Positions 12,212 to 24,718 of a DNA stretch of 64,000 nucleotides are shown here, piece after piece. Source of the DNA: Strigamia acuminata (lineage: Eukaryota); contig OX442314.1 in assembly GCA_949358305.1 (NCBI GenBank), positions 31,310,001-31,374,000 on the forward strand, given 5' to 3'. Each line of letters begins with the position of its first letter. Position 1 is the first letter of the stretch. The translations under genes were made by a program, and so were the position numbers. A model generated the notes under the pieces. It saw only the letters and a program-made list of their open reading frames with translations. It did not search any database and was not told the DNA's origin.

Positions 12212-14696
12212 CTAGAAAGGTTTATAACGATTTACACTAAAAACAGATAGTCTGCTACTGGATTGTTGTTGCCCTCGTGAATGCATAATGTGATGCCTAG
12301 ATAAGTGCCGCGGTAGGAGTGGTGAGGTATATTGTCTGACATACGACAGTGTCCATCCTTGACCAAATGATTCCCTCATTTGGTAATCATTGTTAGGGGT
12401 TTTATTGTCAAGTTTAATATCATCACGAGAGGCACAGTTGATTGACGGTATATTATTACCAGTATCAGTAGCACAAGGCACACGAGAGGCACAGTTGATT
12501 GACGGTATATTATTACCAGTATCAGTAGCACCAGGCACATATATACCAGTATCAGTAGCACCAGGCACATATATACCAGTATCAGTAGCACCAGGCACAT
12601 ATATACCAGTATCAGTAGCACCAGACACATATATACCAGCATCAGTAGCACAAGGCACATATATACCAGTATCAGTAGCACCAGGCACATATATACCAGT
12701 ATCAGTAGCACCATCATTGGAGGTGTAATTAAGCAAAGGTGTATAATCTTGTGTATTCAGAGGTCCATCACTAAGGTGTGTATAATCGTTAGTTGGAGAT
12801 ACAGGAAGTACATTGCTAGAATTGTTCATAAATGTATCGTTGAGAGGCAAGGGTGCCACGGAATTGTAACCTGGGTTTATATTGCCCAAAAAAGCATCTA
12901 AAACATCTTGGGCGATGTTATCTGATATATTAGGGGGATTTTCTATATCTTGCATGGTATATGCATTATTATAACCTGACGTATTGTCCATATCTACTGA
13001 TCTACTATTTTCAGCCACTTGGTTATCGAGTAACTCCATTTCATTTGGATTTTGGCTGTATCTCAAGTTTCCATCTGTGAAGTATTTCTCCAATCCGTTA
13101 TCTGTGCGAAGCATGTCTTCTACATACTTAACTTTTGTATCATTTTCGGAATCGGATACAAATTCCTTATTATTGCTATCCTTTTTTAATCCAAAATTAT
13201 AGATCTTTACTTTAGAATAACTGTCGTGGGTGAAATACAAATACTTCACCGTTGTATCCCTACGACCTTTTAATAGAGGTCGATGCATGACAATGTTGCA
13301 AACATACAAATCAACAGGTTTTAGATCATGCCGAATTTAGTTCTAACTTTTTTTTGACTTGACAAAAATATATGCTCCGTTTTAACATGACTAAAAAATT
13401 TACCTAAGCCAACTGCCTTGACCAGCTTTTGCGCATATAAAATACATTCTACACATATTATGTATAAAATACTGGAATTGACTCTTAGTATGATATTTAA
13501 TATCTCAGTCTTACTTTCATAACACATACAAGAGGTTAATAAAACTTCATCTTCGTTTAATTTAATTTTTATAAAGTCGGAAAAATAGAATTTTTCATTG
13601 ACTTTATTACGAGCTCAAATTTTAAATTTTTACCACATGTGTTTTTTTTTTAAATGCAGGTATATTATTTAAATCTGTTAAAGTTGAAATTAATATTTCA
13701 CACTTTTTCTCAAGAGTCTCAATTATGAATTGACCATGCAGTGTTTTTAAATTACTAATAGTAACACATGCATTTTCTTTTACAGTTCCATCCAATTTTA
13801 AAATCGGGGGATAATAGCAAATTTCCTGTTTTTCCAACAAAAACAAATCAATAAATGGCAGAGTTAGCGCCATAGTATTTACGATAATCGTTCAAATATC
13901 CGGAAATTAACTCCTCAGCTGAACGTTCGTGACAGTTTAATGTTACTCTGTACACATCCCGAAATTTTGGGACTGTTTTGCTAATGTCTAAACCCTGGTC
14001 TAATTCCACCTCCGTCCCACTCCAAACGATATTACTTTGACCATCTGTGAATGCTGTGTTCAGCCAGAACTGATTTTTCAAAGCTGCATTGAATAGGAGA
14101 AAAAGTTTTCTATCCCAGAAAACTCTTATCGCTATTAATGATACGTTTTGAAGATTTTCAATTTCATAAGAAATTATAAAAAAAATTCTATTTGAACTGA
14201 AAGAAAAATAATTTACCATTTTCAATATAACAAATCTGAAATATAATAATAACTTAACTTACTTGTTCTTTTTCTTGATGTCCCTGATGACCGAATAAAT
14301 AGTACTATTTATGAATGTTTTCTGGTCCACAATCTCTTCGGGATCATTAACAAGCTCAGCTAGTCCAGGGCTACCGTACACGTACCTCAAAAAACTTGCT
14401 ATTTGCTGTTCATTTAGCCCATTAAGATCTTGGGTCATCTGTTGGGAAATTGCCTGTAGCTGCTGTTGATTTGAAATCAGTGGCGTAAGCAGCTTCTGCT
14501 CTTGAAGAATTATCTTCTCCAGTAGGGATTGTATATACAACTGAGTCGGCTGCGGTTGCTGGAACGGCTGCTGCGGCTGCGATTGCTGGAACGGCTGCTG
14601 CGGCTGCGATTGCTGGAACGGCTGCTGCGGTTGCTGGAACGGCTGCTGGGCTAAGAATGAATTACTGTAGTTAATCATTCTAAAATATAAGAACAA
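12212..14696 (-). pseudogene. Unknown spliced multicopy gene, copy 1 (frameshifted)
   Basis: Five consecutive minus ORFs. A GTAAGT...TTTCAG intron (14262-14197) joins the first two in frame. Paralogues lie at ~33.1-34.9, 40.1-41.7 and 42.1-42.8 kb. Confidence 0.7.
12424..12712 (-). repeat. 30-bp coding tandem repeat (ATDTGIYVPG)n
   Basis: About 7 copies plus two longer variants, in frame within ORF 12212-13309. Confidence 0.9.
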
Positions 14697-14715
14697 TGTT
14701 CATGATAACTATGTA

Positions 14716-17005
14716 CAGCCTTGGACATAAAAAACGTCCCTTACCTGCTTGAGCTGGACTTCAGAATGAGCAGTTTCAACTCTAATCACCAGATGGCGCA
14801 AAAAATCGTCGATTGTTTCTGACATCACAATGAGAATTTCCTAACTAGACAACAGCAACCGATCAGCAAACATGGCTGCCTGCCTGCTGAGTTGTGGATT
14901 TCTAATTTTGACGCTTGTCGACAGAACTGCATGCAGCTTTTGAGGAGTTTAGGAACGATCGGTTCGCAGATGGAAATGTCGGAGAGAAATCCCGATCTGA
15001 AGTCTGAATTTGAGAAAAGATTAAAAACGATCCTTCCGCCCGTTAATGTATTCCCAGCTACCAATACACGTTGAACAAGATACTGAATTACGCGAGCGGT
15101 GGATTAACAGCCCAAAAAATCCTCAAATCATCAAATGAATTAGGTAATCCTTTAAAAACACAAATTTAACTCCAAACTTAAAAATGAATCCATTCTTTTA
15201 TCAATTTTTCGTCTCTAATCTAGATGTTGTTATGGAAAAGTGATGAAACGAACGTGAAATTGATGGTGAACAGTTTTCCTAAACTAGAAAACTGTGCTAC
15301 GATCTAAATAGGTAAAATTCATTTCTCCTGTAATTTATTTTCCATTTATTTATCCATTTATTTGTTTATTTTGTAGGTTATTTTTATTTTATCAATTTGC
15401 AAGCAAGAAAGTAGATTTTCAGAGAGTTGTGCATATATTTGTGTTGGAAAACAACCTTAAATCCAGCGATTAAAGTATTTTTATTTTTTTTTTATTTTTT
15501 TTAATAGTTTATAATTTTTTCATTTGTTTTGTTTTGTTAGGAAATTCTAAGGAGTAAGGAATGGAATCTTTGTCGTTTTGGATTATTTAAAACATTTAAA
15601 ACATTTAAAACAAATTTATAATGAAAAATTTACTAAGAAGATAATTTATACAACAAATCTTTATTTTTTATTTTCCATTTTTCAAACATTGCAACCAATA
15701 AATATATTTTTTAAACTAAAAATGAATTATTTTGAATCAATAAATGAATAAATTAATATTTTTAACCAGAAAATAATTTTTTAGGCCAGAAAAAAATTTT
15801 TGGGCCAAAAATAAATTTTTTTGGACCTAAAAAACAAATATTTTTGTCATTGTAACGTCACAGGATCTAACCTTTTTTCAGACATACGGCTTATGGAGAA
15901 GAAGTATTTTTTTTTCTTATGTAATTTTGTAAATAAATTATTTTATTTTGAGAAAGATCTCTTAATTTTTTAAAGAAATCAGAGAAAATAATAAAATAAA
16001 AGCAAACAAGTATATATATATTTTATGTAAAAAGAATGGGCTTTTAGACCAAAAAAATACATTTTTAATCAAAAAATAGGTTTTTTGAATGAAAAAATAC
16101 ATTTATATGCAAAAAAATAGGCTTTTAGACCCAAAAAATACATCTTAAATCAAAAAATGGGTTATTTAAACGAAAAAATGCATTTATAAGCAAAAAATGG
16201 GTTTTTAGACCCAAAAATACAATTTTATAGAAAAAAATAAAAATACTTTAATCGCTGGATTTAAGGTTGTTTTCCAACACAAATATATGCACAACTCTCT
16301 GAAAATCAACTTTCTTGCTTGCAAATTGATAAAATGAAAATAACCTACAAAATAAACAAATAAATGGATAAATAAATGGAAAATAAATTACAGGAGAAAT
16401 GAATTTTACCTATTTAGATCGTAGCACAGTTTTCTAGTTTAGGAAAATTGTTCACCATCAATTTCACGTTCGTTTCATCACTTTTCCATAACAACATCTA
16501 GATTAGAGACGAAAAATTGATAAAAGAATGGATTCATTTTTAAGTTTGGAGTTAAATTTGTGTTTTTAAAGGATTACCTAATTCATTTGATGATTTGAGG
16601 ATTTTTTGGGCTGTTAATCCGCCGCTCGCGTAATTCAGTATCTTGTTCAACGTGTATTGGTAGCTGGGAATACATTAACGGGCGGAAGGATCGTTTTTAA
16701 TCTTTTCTCAAATTCAGACTTCAGATCGGGATTTCTCTCCGACATTTCCATCTGCGAACCGATCGTTCCTAAACTCCTCAAAAGCTGCATGCAGTTCTGT
16801 CGACAAGCGTCAAAATTAGAAATTCACAACTCAGCAGGCAGGCAGCCATGTTTGCTGATCGGTTGCTGTTGTCTAGTTAGAAAATTCTCATTGTGATGTC
16901 AGAAACAATCGACGATTTTTTGCGCCATCTGGTGATTAGAGTTGAAACTGCTCATTCTGAAGTCCAGCTCAAGCAGGTAAGGGACGTTTTTTATGTCCAA
17001 GGCTG
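14716..17005. mobile_element. Non-autonomous foldback DNA transposon with ~775-bp TIRs and TA TSD (Tc1/mariner-type ends)
   Basis: TA|CAGCCTTGGAC...GTCCAAGGCTG|TA. Arms 14716-~15490 and ~16231-17005 are nearly identical. The empty site ACTATGTACACACCC is seen at ~18936 and ~41726. Confidence 0.92.
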
Positions 17006-17327
17006 TACACACCCTGTCTGACATGAAATTAATTAGTGATTTTAATGTGAAAATGGGAATTTCATCTTGTGCTATCAAAAATTGTTTTCTACAAGTTGAA
17101 AAAGTATCTCTTAGTGTAATTTCAATTCAGTTGAATAGAAATTAATTAGTGTTTTAATGTGAAAATGGGAATTTTATCCCGTGCTATCAAAAATTGTCAA
17201 GTCAGTTGAATAGAGCAAGGTCTACCACATCTCAATAAATAATGGCAAAAGAAGTTGACTGAGAGAAAGAAGTGTGGGTTAAACGAACAGGAGTAGTTTC
17301 AGTTTGAAAGTTCGATTTTTATATATA

Positions 17328-17600
17328 CAGGGTGGAACAAAAGTCTGTTCCCCTCAAATATTTCCTGAGCAATTGCATCTAGGCCAACTTTGATGAAGCG
17401 AATGTATAGGAAGTTGGCAGAGAGCAATTTAATGATGTCATCAAATTTGACCTTGAAGGCCATTTTCAAGGTCATTCACTTGCTAACTTCTAAACCAATC
17501 AGGTTAGAGCAAAAAAGTCAATTACAAAGTTGTAGAGCGCCATCAAATTAGTACTATCCAACTTATCTTAGTCATCCTAAGTTAAATGTTTTTTTTTTAA
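17328..17600. mobile_element. Mariner-like non-autonomous element end (TA|CAGGGTG...), dispersed family
   Basis: Near-identical to 26871-27140. More distant relatives start at ~10939 and ~63611. Confidence 0.65.
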
Positions 17601-18125
17601 AAAGAACAGCACTTCATATATACAATGGTGTTGGTGCTGTATGCTGTTACATTCGGGGGGAAATGGTAAGCTTAGGCTTAATGCAAAAAACATTAACTTG
17701 TCCAAAATTTGTCGTATTGTTAGATTGCCATTAATGGAAAAAAGTAATCTATCACTCTGCTTGACACGAGAAACCGCCAAAAATTAAAATCAAAATCAAA
17801 AAAATAATTTTACAAATAAATTAAAAAAAACTTTATTGTGTCTCCCTTGATCCTAAGAACATTTCGAAGTCGTCGTGGCATACTTTGAATGAAGGAATGT
17901 TGTACAACTGTGACTGAAGATTGCGATGGCTGGCCAGTCTCAACCGCGGCTAGAACGGCCATCCATCACAATCTCAACCGCAGTCATACATCGGCCAGCT
18001 GTACATCGGGTGACTGGAGGACACCAATCTAGCACATCAATCTTTTTAGATACAAATAGGACGTCTGAAGTTTAGATTTATGCTTGGGACCATTCTCTTG
18101 TTGAAAATACCACCATCTTCTTAAC

Positions 18126-18226
18126 TAGACTTTGACCGATATCGATATTTTCAAGTATCGCCGATACCGATAATCGGCAATCGAATATCGGCCGATACCA
18201 TACGATATTAAAATTAAAATGGCCGA

Positions 18227-18259
<33 letters not shown>

Positions 18260-18614
18260 TTAACTTTGCGTTTATTTTATTTAAAAAACTTAAAATTCAA
18301 AGTTTAACAATGATAAATTTTGACGAAGAAATATTAATTTTTCCACACATTTGTTGCAAATTGCTTTGGAATTATCAAACAATACTAGTTTTACGAGGCT
18401 GGCGCGACATAACAATTGATGGGATTGAAGTGATTAAATAAAATTAAAAACAAACCTTCTATATTTATACTGCTTCAAAGATGTTTCTAAAACGTATCGT
18501 TTTAGAAACGTGACAATATCAGTATCGGCCAAGCAAAAAAATATCGGATCCTATATCGGTAAATATCGAAATATCGGCCGATAGCCGATACCGGTCGGTA
18601 TCGGTCAAAGTCTA
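18126..18614. mobile_element. hAT-type MITE
   Basis: 16-bp TIR TAGACTTTGACCGATA and 8-bp TSD TTCTTAAC. Confidence 0.9.
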
Positions 18615-19102
18615 TTCTTAACCCCAACTTTATCTTGAATAGAGCCAAATTAGTTTTTTAAAATGTCTGTCATTTACCATGTTTACATGTACTCAGTTAT
18701 CTGGATAAGTGAAAATGCGAATTTTACTTTTCTGAAAAACTGATCATGTAAACAAATCAGTTTCTAGAAAAGACAGAATTGCCTGGAAAACTAAATTCCA
18801 GCTAGATTTTGGGCGTTTTGCCCATTGAAAACTGCATGTAAACACCCGTGCATGCAAAAGGCAACTGGGGTTGGTGGGTTAAGAATGAATTACTGTAGTT
18901 AAGCATCCTAAAATATAAGAACAATGTTCATGATAACTATGTACACACCCTGTCTGACATGAAATTAATTAGTGTTTTTAATGCGAAAATTTCATCCCGT
19001 GCCATCAAAAAAATGTCAAGTCAGTTGAATAGAGCAAGGTTTACCACATCTCAATTAGTTTTAAAATGCCTGTCATTTACCATGTTTACATGTACTCAGT
19101 TA

Positions 19103-19348
19103 CCCATACTGCCCTTGGATCGAGGTATCGTTGGATCGTTGCAGTGTTAGGCCTACGTACCAACGACATTTGGTACCGAAATCTATGTGAAATCAGCTAA
19201 AACCACCATTTTGGGGATCAGAATTTGCATATTAGGCACCATTGCAAAGATTTGAGCAAAACTTCTTTTCTAACCACCATTTCATTTGTTTGGCTGAAAT
19301 GAATCAACAGCCATTTTGTTGTTCCAGATAATCAAAGGGCAGTATGGG
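19103..19348. mobile_element. Small MITE
   Basis: TIR CCCATACTGCCCTT flanked by TA on both sides. Confidence 0.75.
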
Positions 19349-19481
19349 TAATTCTAGTATGAATTTCACGTTTACCAGAAACGCAAACGGTTATTCAGAT
19401 AAATAAAATCCCAATATCCACTTATCTGGAAAACTGTGACCATGTAAACATGGCAATTGACAAGATAGTAAACACTGCTTA

Positions 19482-19620
19482 CTATCCCATCAAAGAACTG
19501 AAAAAATCCAGTTGTACTGTTGACAAAACAACCCAGACCATAACAGAGAGTGGATGATGCTTGATGTTGAATGCAGTTCTATCCTTTCTGTACACTGTTT
19601 TCTTCATTGGTTTCAACAGG
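19482..19620 (-). pseudogene. Tc1/mariner transposase fragment
   Basis: KHHPLSVMVWVVLS resembles the conserved HPxSVMVWxxIS motif. Confidence 0.5.
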
Positions 19621-20383
19621 GTGACCTTGCGGCTTGATGCCGGCACACAAGATTTGGGTGTCAAGCAGCATCAAGCAGCTTGATGTCGCTTGACCCCCAA
19701 ATCTTGTGTAGTTTATCAACATAATTGAGGTCAAATTCCAATCTCCTTTTTTGTTTTAGGATAGATGTAGGGTTTTTGGCATGCTTTTATTCCTTAAAAT
19801 CCCTCCTCTCATATTTCTCTTGTAATCTGCCTCCTTGATGTTGCTATGCAGACAGGGGGTAATTGGACCACGTGGTGACTGACTGACTGACGCAGTGTTA
19901 AAATATTTAATTATGAACCTTTATTCACCTAAATATAAAGCGAAAGTTAAACTGGAAACAATTACAGTTCTATACACTTTAAGTGATAAACTAAAGTAAG
20001 ATATTGAAGCAAAATATCAATTCAGTATTAAACCTAACACAAAAGCTAACACTAAAGCAATGAATAACATTAAACAAATGTAAGTGAAATCAGTCTTAAT
20101 GTCTGTCACACCATTCTCTGGCTTCAAAATTCAAATTTTGAATCAAAGACAGTTCACTTTTAGCCGGACATTTTGTCAGAATGACAGTTCTCATTCATAT
20201 TTGGTCACACAAGTATTTCACAAAATGAAATTCATTCCTTTTTAATTTTACACACACAAACAAAATACTTAGATAAATCAAAGGCGTACATTAGGCGTAC
20301 ATTAATGCCATTCTACATTATCACTAATTTACATATGCGGCTCAAAGGAATTTAAAGACACGAGGACGGGATAATGAGGATGT

Positions 20384-20730
20384 TTAGGTTAGGTTAGGAG
20401 AAAAAACTTTTTCCAAAATTTCAAAAGAAAAAAATATTACAATTCGTATCTCTGCAAATGGCTCAAGGCGGCCATGGTGGATTTCGTAGAACACGCGGGC
20501 CCGTAGCTCCGCGCCTTCGGCCAGCTTCATCATATTGCGGTCCACGACATATCTGCGCGCGAAGTGTAAAATCATTGGGCCGCACGAATCACTGTTCAGT
20601 TGCAGTTGCGCAGCCTGAGAAGGGGCCCACTTCTTGTATTGGAATGACCGTAGACGTGACAACCGCTTAACCCATTACCCTGGAATGACATTATGGCCAA
20701 ATAGGCAGTCTGGCCTACCGTAATACGTGT
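20384..20730 (-). pseudogene. Ulp1/C48-like cysteine protease C-terminal fragment
   Basis: QLQLNSDSCGPMILHFAR resembles the Q-Q-x-N-x-x-D-C-G catalytic Cys motif. Confidence 0.55.
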
Positions 20731-20889
20731 ATGTGAAGAAAGGAAAGTATTATATTCATCAAATAAACTTTACAGTAAGCTAATAATAACAAAAGCAATA
20801 ATTCATTTTTTTAATTGTTTTTTTTTATTATTATTCACAGTATACAGAAGAATAGAGAATATGGACATTGATTCGAATAACTCAAGCCA

Positions 20890-23000
20890 TCAGCTCAACC
20901 CGCCATCTTGAAACGACCGTATGCAGGACAGCCATTTCTGCAACTCAACCCGTCATATTGAAACGACTGTAGCCATGTCAGCCGTTTCTGCAACTCAACC
21001 CGTCATATTGAAATGACTGTAGCCGTGTCAGCCGTTTCTGCAACTCAACCCGTCATATTGAAATGACTGTAGCCATGCCAGCCGTTTCTGCAACTCAACC
21101 CGTCATGTTGAAACGACTGTAGCCATGTCAGCCGTTTCTGCAACTCAATTCGTCATCTTGAAACGACTGTAGCCATGTCAGCCGTTTCTGCAACTCAACC
21201 TGTCATATTGAAACGACTGTAGCCATGTCAGCCGTTTCTGCAACTCAACCCGTCATGTTGAAACGACTGTAGCCATGTCAGCCGTTTCTGCAACTCAATT
21301 CGTCATCTTGAAACAACTGTAGCCATGTCAGCCGTTTCTGCAACTCAACCCGTCATATTGAAACGACTGTAGCCATGTCAGCCGTTTCTGCAACTCAACC
21401 CGTCATCTTGAAACGACTGTAGCCACGTCAGCCGTTTCTGCAACTCATTCCGTCATGTTGGAACGACCGTAGACATGCCAGCCGTTCCTGCAACCCAACC
21501 CGTCATGTTGGAACGACCGTAGACATGTTAACTGCTTCTACAACCAAGCGTGGCATGTTGAAGCGACCGTAGACATGTAAACCGCTTCCGAAACTCAATT
21601 CGTCATCTTGAAATGACTGTAGTCATGCCAGCCGTTCTTGCAACTTAAAGTGTAATCTTGAAGCGACCGTAGGCATGCCAGCCGTTCCTGCAACCCATTC
21701 CGTCATGTTGGAACGACCGTAGGCATGCCAGCCGTTCCTGCAACTCATTCCGTCATCTTGAAATGACTGTAGTCATGCCAGCCGTTCCTGCAACTTAAAG
21801 TGTAATCTTGAAGCGACCGTAGGCATGCCAGCCGTTCCTGCAACTCATTCCGTCATCTTGAAACGACTGTAGCCATGTCAGCCGTTTCTGCAACTCAATT
21901 CGTCATATTGAAAGGACTGTAGCCATGTCAGCCGTTTCTGCAACTCAACCCGTCATATTGAAACGACTGTAGCCATGTCAGCCGTTTCTGCAACTCAATT
22001 CGTCATATTGAAACGACTGTAGCCATGTCAGCCGTCTCTGCAACTCAACCCGCCATATTGAAACGACTGTAGCCATGTCAGCCGTTTCTGCAACTCAATT
22101 CGTCATCTTGAAACGACTGTAACCATGTCAGCCGTTTCTGCAACTCAATTTGTCATCTTGAAATGACTGTAGTCATGCCAGCCGTTCCTGCAACTTAAAG
22201 TGTAATCTTGAAGCGACCGTAGGCATGCCAGCCGTTCCTGCAACTCATTCTGTCATCTTGAAATGACTGTAGTCATGCCAGCCGTTCCTGCAACTTAAAG
22301 TGTAATCTTGAAGCGACCGTAGGCATGCCAGCCGTTCCTGCAACTCATTCCGTCATCTTGAAGCGACCGTAGGCATGCCAGCCGTTCCTGCAACTCATTC
22401 CGTCATCTTGAAGCGACCGTAGGCATGCCAGCTGTTCCTGCAACCCAACCCGTCATCTTGAAGCGACCGTAGGCATGCCAGCCATTCCTGCAACCCAACC
22501 CGTCATCTTGAAGCGACCGTAGGCATGCCAGCCGTTCCTGCAACCCAACCCGTCATCTTGAAGCGACTGTAGGCATGCCAGCCGTTCCTGCAACCCAACC
22601 CGTCATCTTGAAGCGACCGTAGGCATGCCAGCCGTTCCTGCAACCCAACCCGTCATCTTGAAGCGACCGTAGGCATGACAGCCGTTCCTGCAACCCAACC
22701 CGTCATGTTGGAACGACCGTAGGCATGCCAGCCGTTCCTGCAACCCAATTCGTCATGTTGGAACGACCGTAGGCATGCCAGCCGTTCCTGCAACCCAACC
22801 CATCATGTTGGAACGACCGTAGGCATGCCAGCCGTTCTTGCAACTCATTCCGTCATGTTGGAACGACCGTAGGCATGCCAGCCGTTCTTGCAACCCAACC
22901 CGTCATGTTGGAACAACGGTAGACATGCCAGCCGTTTCTACAACCAAGCGTGGCATGTTGAAGCGACCGTAGACATGTAAACCGCTTCCGAAACTCAACC
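20890..23000. repeat. 50-bp satellite array, ~42 units
   Basis: Unit CAACTCAACCCGTCATATTGAAACGACTGTAGCCATGTCAGCCGTTTCTG, with blocks of variants. Confidence 0.97.
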
Positions 23001-23098
23001 TGTCAGGTCCGCCTACTGTAGCCAGGCATCCGCTGTCAGGTCCGCCTACTGTAGCCAGGCATCCGCTGTCAGGTCCGCCTACCGTAGCCAGGCATCCG
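23001..23098. repeat. 33-bp tandem repeat x3 capping the satellite
   Basis: TGTCAGGTCCGCCTACTGTAGCCAGGCATCCGC repeated three times. Confidence 0.9.
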
Positions 23099-23233
23099 CA
23101 TTTAATTATCCAAAAATAATAATTAGGATATCCTACAAACATGGCCTTTTCCACAAGGACAAATGCTACTTTTGGCCTAATTCTTAAAAAAGTTATGGGG
23201 TTTATTCGATAGTTAACATTAAAAAGTATACAA

Positions 23234-23522
23234 ATGGAAAAATTCCAGCGTGTCTAACGACCCGCCAGCAGCTAAGTCTGAAACCTCGGACGACGCTCAG
23301 TTTGAGGACGCGGAAGAGCTGCTCTCCGTTGTTGATTTCGTGGCAGAGTTGCTCGAGAATCTACCGTTCCCGCCTCCGAGTCCGGAGGAAATCGAAGCTC
23401 CAGAGGAAGCTGTGTTTTCCGCCGTCTCGACAGAGACGACTGAAGAGTCTGATTTTCTGACTTCTGCTGAAGTCGAGAAGAAGGAAGAGAAAGATTCGAC
23501 TGATGTCGAAAAGAAGGAATAA
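23234..23522 (+). pseudogene. Small acidic ORF of unknown function
   Basis: E/D-rich 90-aa frame. The ATG at 23234 joins it if one A is removed from an A5 run. Confidence 0.35.
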
Positions 23523-24268
23523 AAGGGACAAAATTAACATTCGTTATATTCCGAGTGGATATTTTTTGACTAAAAAATACTCCAAGTGTTTCGTTGTGTT
23601 TGCATTTTAAGAAATATTCTCACGAGTATTGTGTTTGGTTGTTTCAAGATTTTGGACTAATCAGTTTAAATATTCATAAGAATACAGTTTAATTAAAATT
23701 GGATTCAATTTAATTGTTCTTTCTGAATTCAATTTGGTTTTTGTTTGAACTAATCATATTAATATATGTTTTTGTTTGATTTATTTACGAATTTCATAAT
23801 TATTTGTGGAAATTGTGTTTATTTTGCTTTGTTCGAAGTATTAAAGAATTTTGAGTTGAAATTCGATAATTTTTATGACAGTCGTAATAAAAATTAGTAG
23901 TTAGATTTTCGATAAATAAAATTTTGCATAAGTTTATTTTTATTGATTATCTTGTTGGTTAATAAATTATGAAGAAGTTTATTTGGCAAGAGAAATAAAA
24001 TTTCTATCGAAATTTGTATTTTCGAACATGGATACATGTTCGGACGAGTCCATTCCCGTCACTTAGCAACCGGGAGATGTGTTGTACAGCGAAGCTGATC
24101 AGTTTACTCGGGTAACGAAGTTTCTGAAATAAATAACGTGATTAATTTTAATAAAATTAAGAAATATACTTACCAAGTATGATAATTCGACAGAATTAGG
24201 TGAACATTTCTTATACATTAAGAATGACAATTAAAGAGTTAGTAAACTCTATGCTTGTCACCGGGGGA

Positions 24269-24718
24269 TGTGTGATGATTACAAATCGGTATTTATCAAT
24301 GTTCACAATAGATGGCGCTGTTTAACGAACGCGCGTAATTCAAACTCAATAAAACTAAAAAGTGTGATAACTCATTAATTTGACACAGTGAATAAAATAT
24401 AACTATATAACTATTACTTGATGATGTTGATTCTATCGAATCAATATCCACGTTACTTACCTGTCGAAGGGAACCAATCGGGCCTTTCCTGACCCCCAAC
24501 TGTGCTCATCTGGACATGGTCATATATTAGGTCCGGACTAGTGACCCACGAATCCGCCGATTCGTACACTGATTGGCTGTCGCCAATCTAGTAGTTCTCA
24601 AGAACTATATAAGCATCAGTTTTCCACCCAGTACCCCCCTGGCTTGATTCTGAATATGTTTATATTGTTTGTAGTTGATATGTTGTTATCGTTTGATCTC
24701 ACTTTCTCTATCGACACA
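24269..24718. repeat. LTR-like segment (450 bp, TGTGT...ACACA)
   Basis: 5-bp terminal inverted repeat, internal CCAAT and TATATAA. PPT-like tracts occur on both sides (minus GGAAAGCTGAGGAGGCCTGA, plus GGGGGA), so orientation is ambiguous. Confidence 0.55.

Noticed and set aside
14825..16896. Two identical 79-aa ORFs as a duplicated gene
   Set aside because: They are a by-product of the foldback arms, have non-ATG starts and show no recognisable domain.
17577..17780. AVSRVK as a Helitron/PIF1 helicase motif VI
   Set aside because: Only a short match, with no other helicase motifs nearby.
20384..20398. TTAGG x3 as a telomeric array
   Set aside because: Too short to distinguish from chance or a transposon subterminal motif.
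20890..23000. Regular 50-bp array as a CRISPR array or coding repeat
   Set aside because: Units are contiguous with no unique spacers, there are no cas genes, the context is eukaryotic, and the period is not a multiple of 3.
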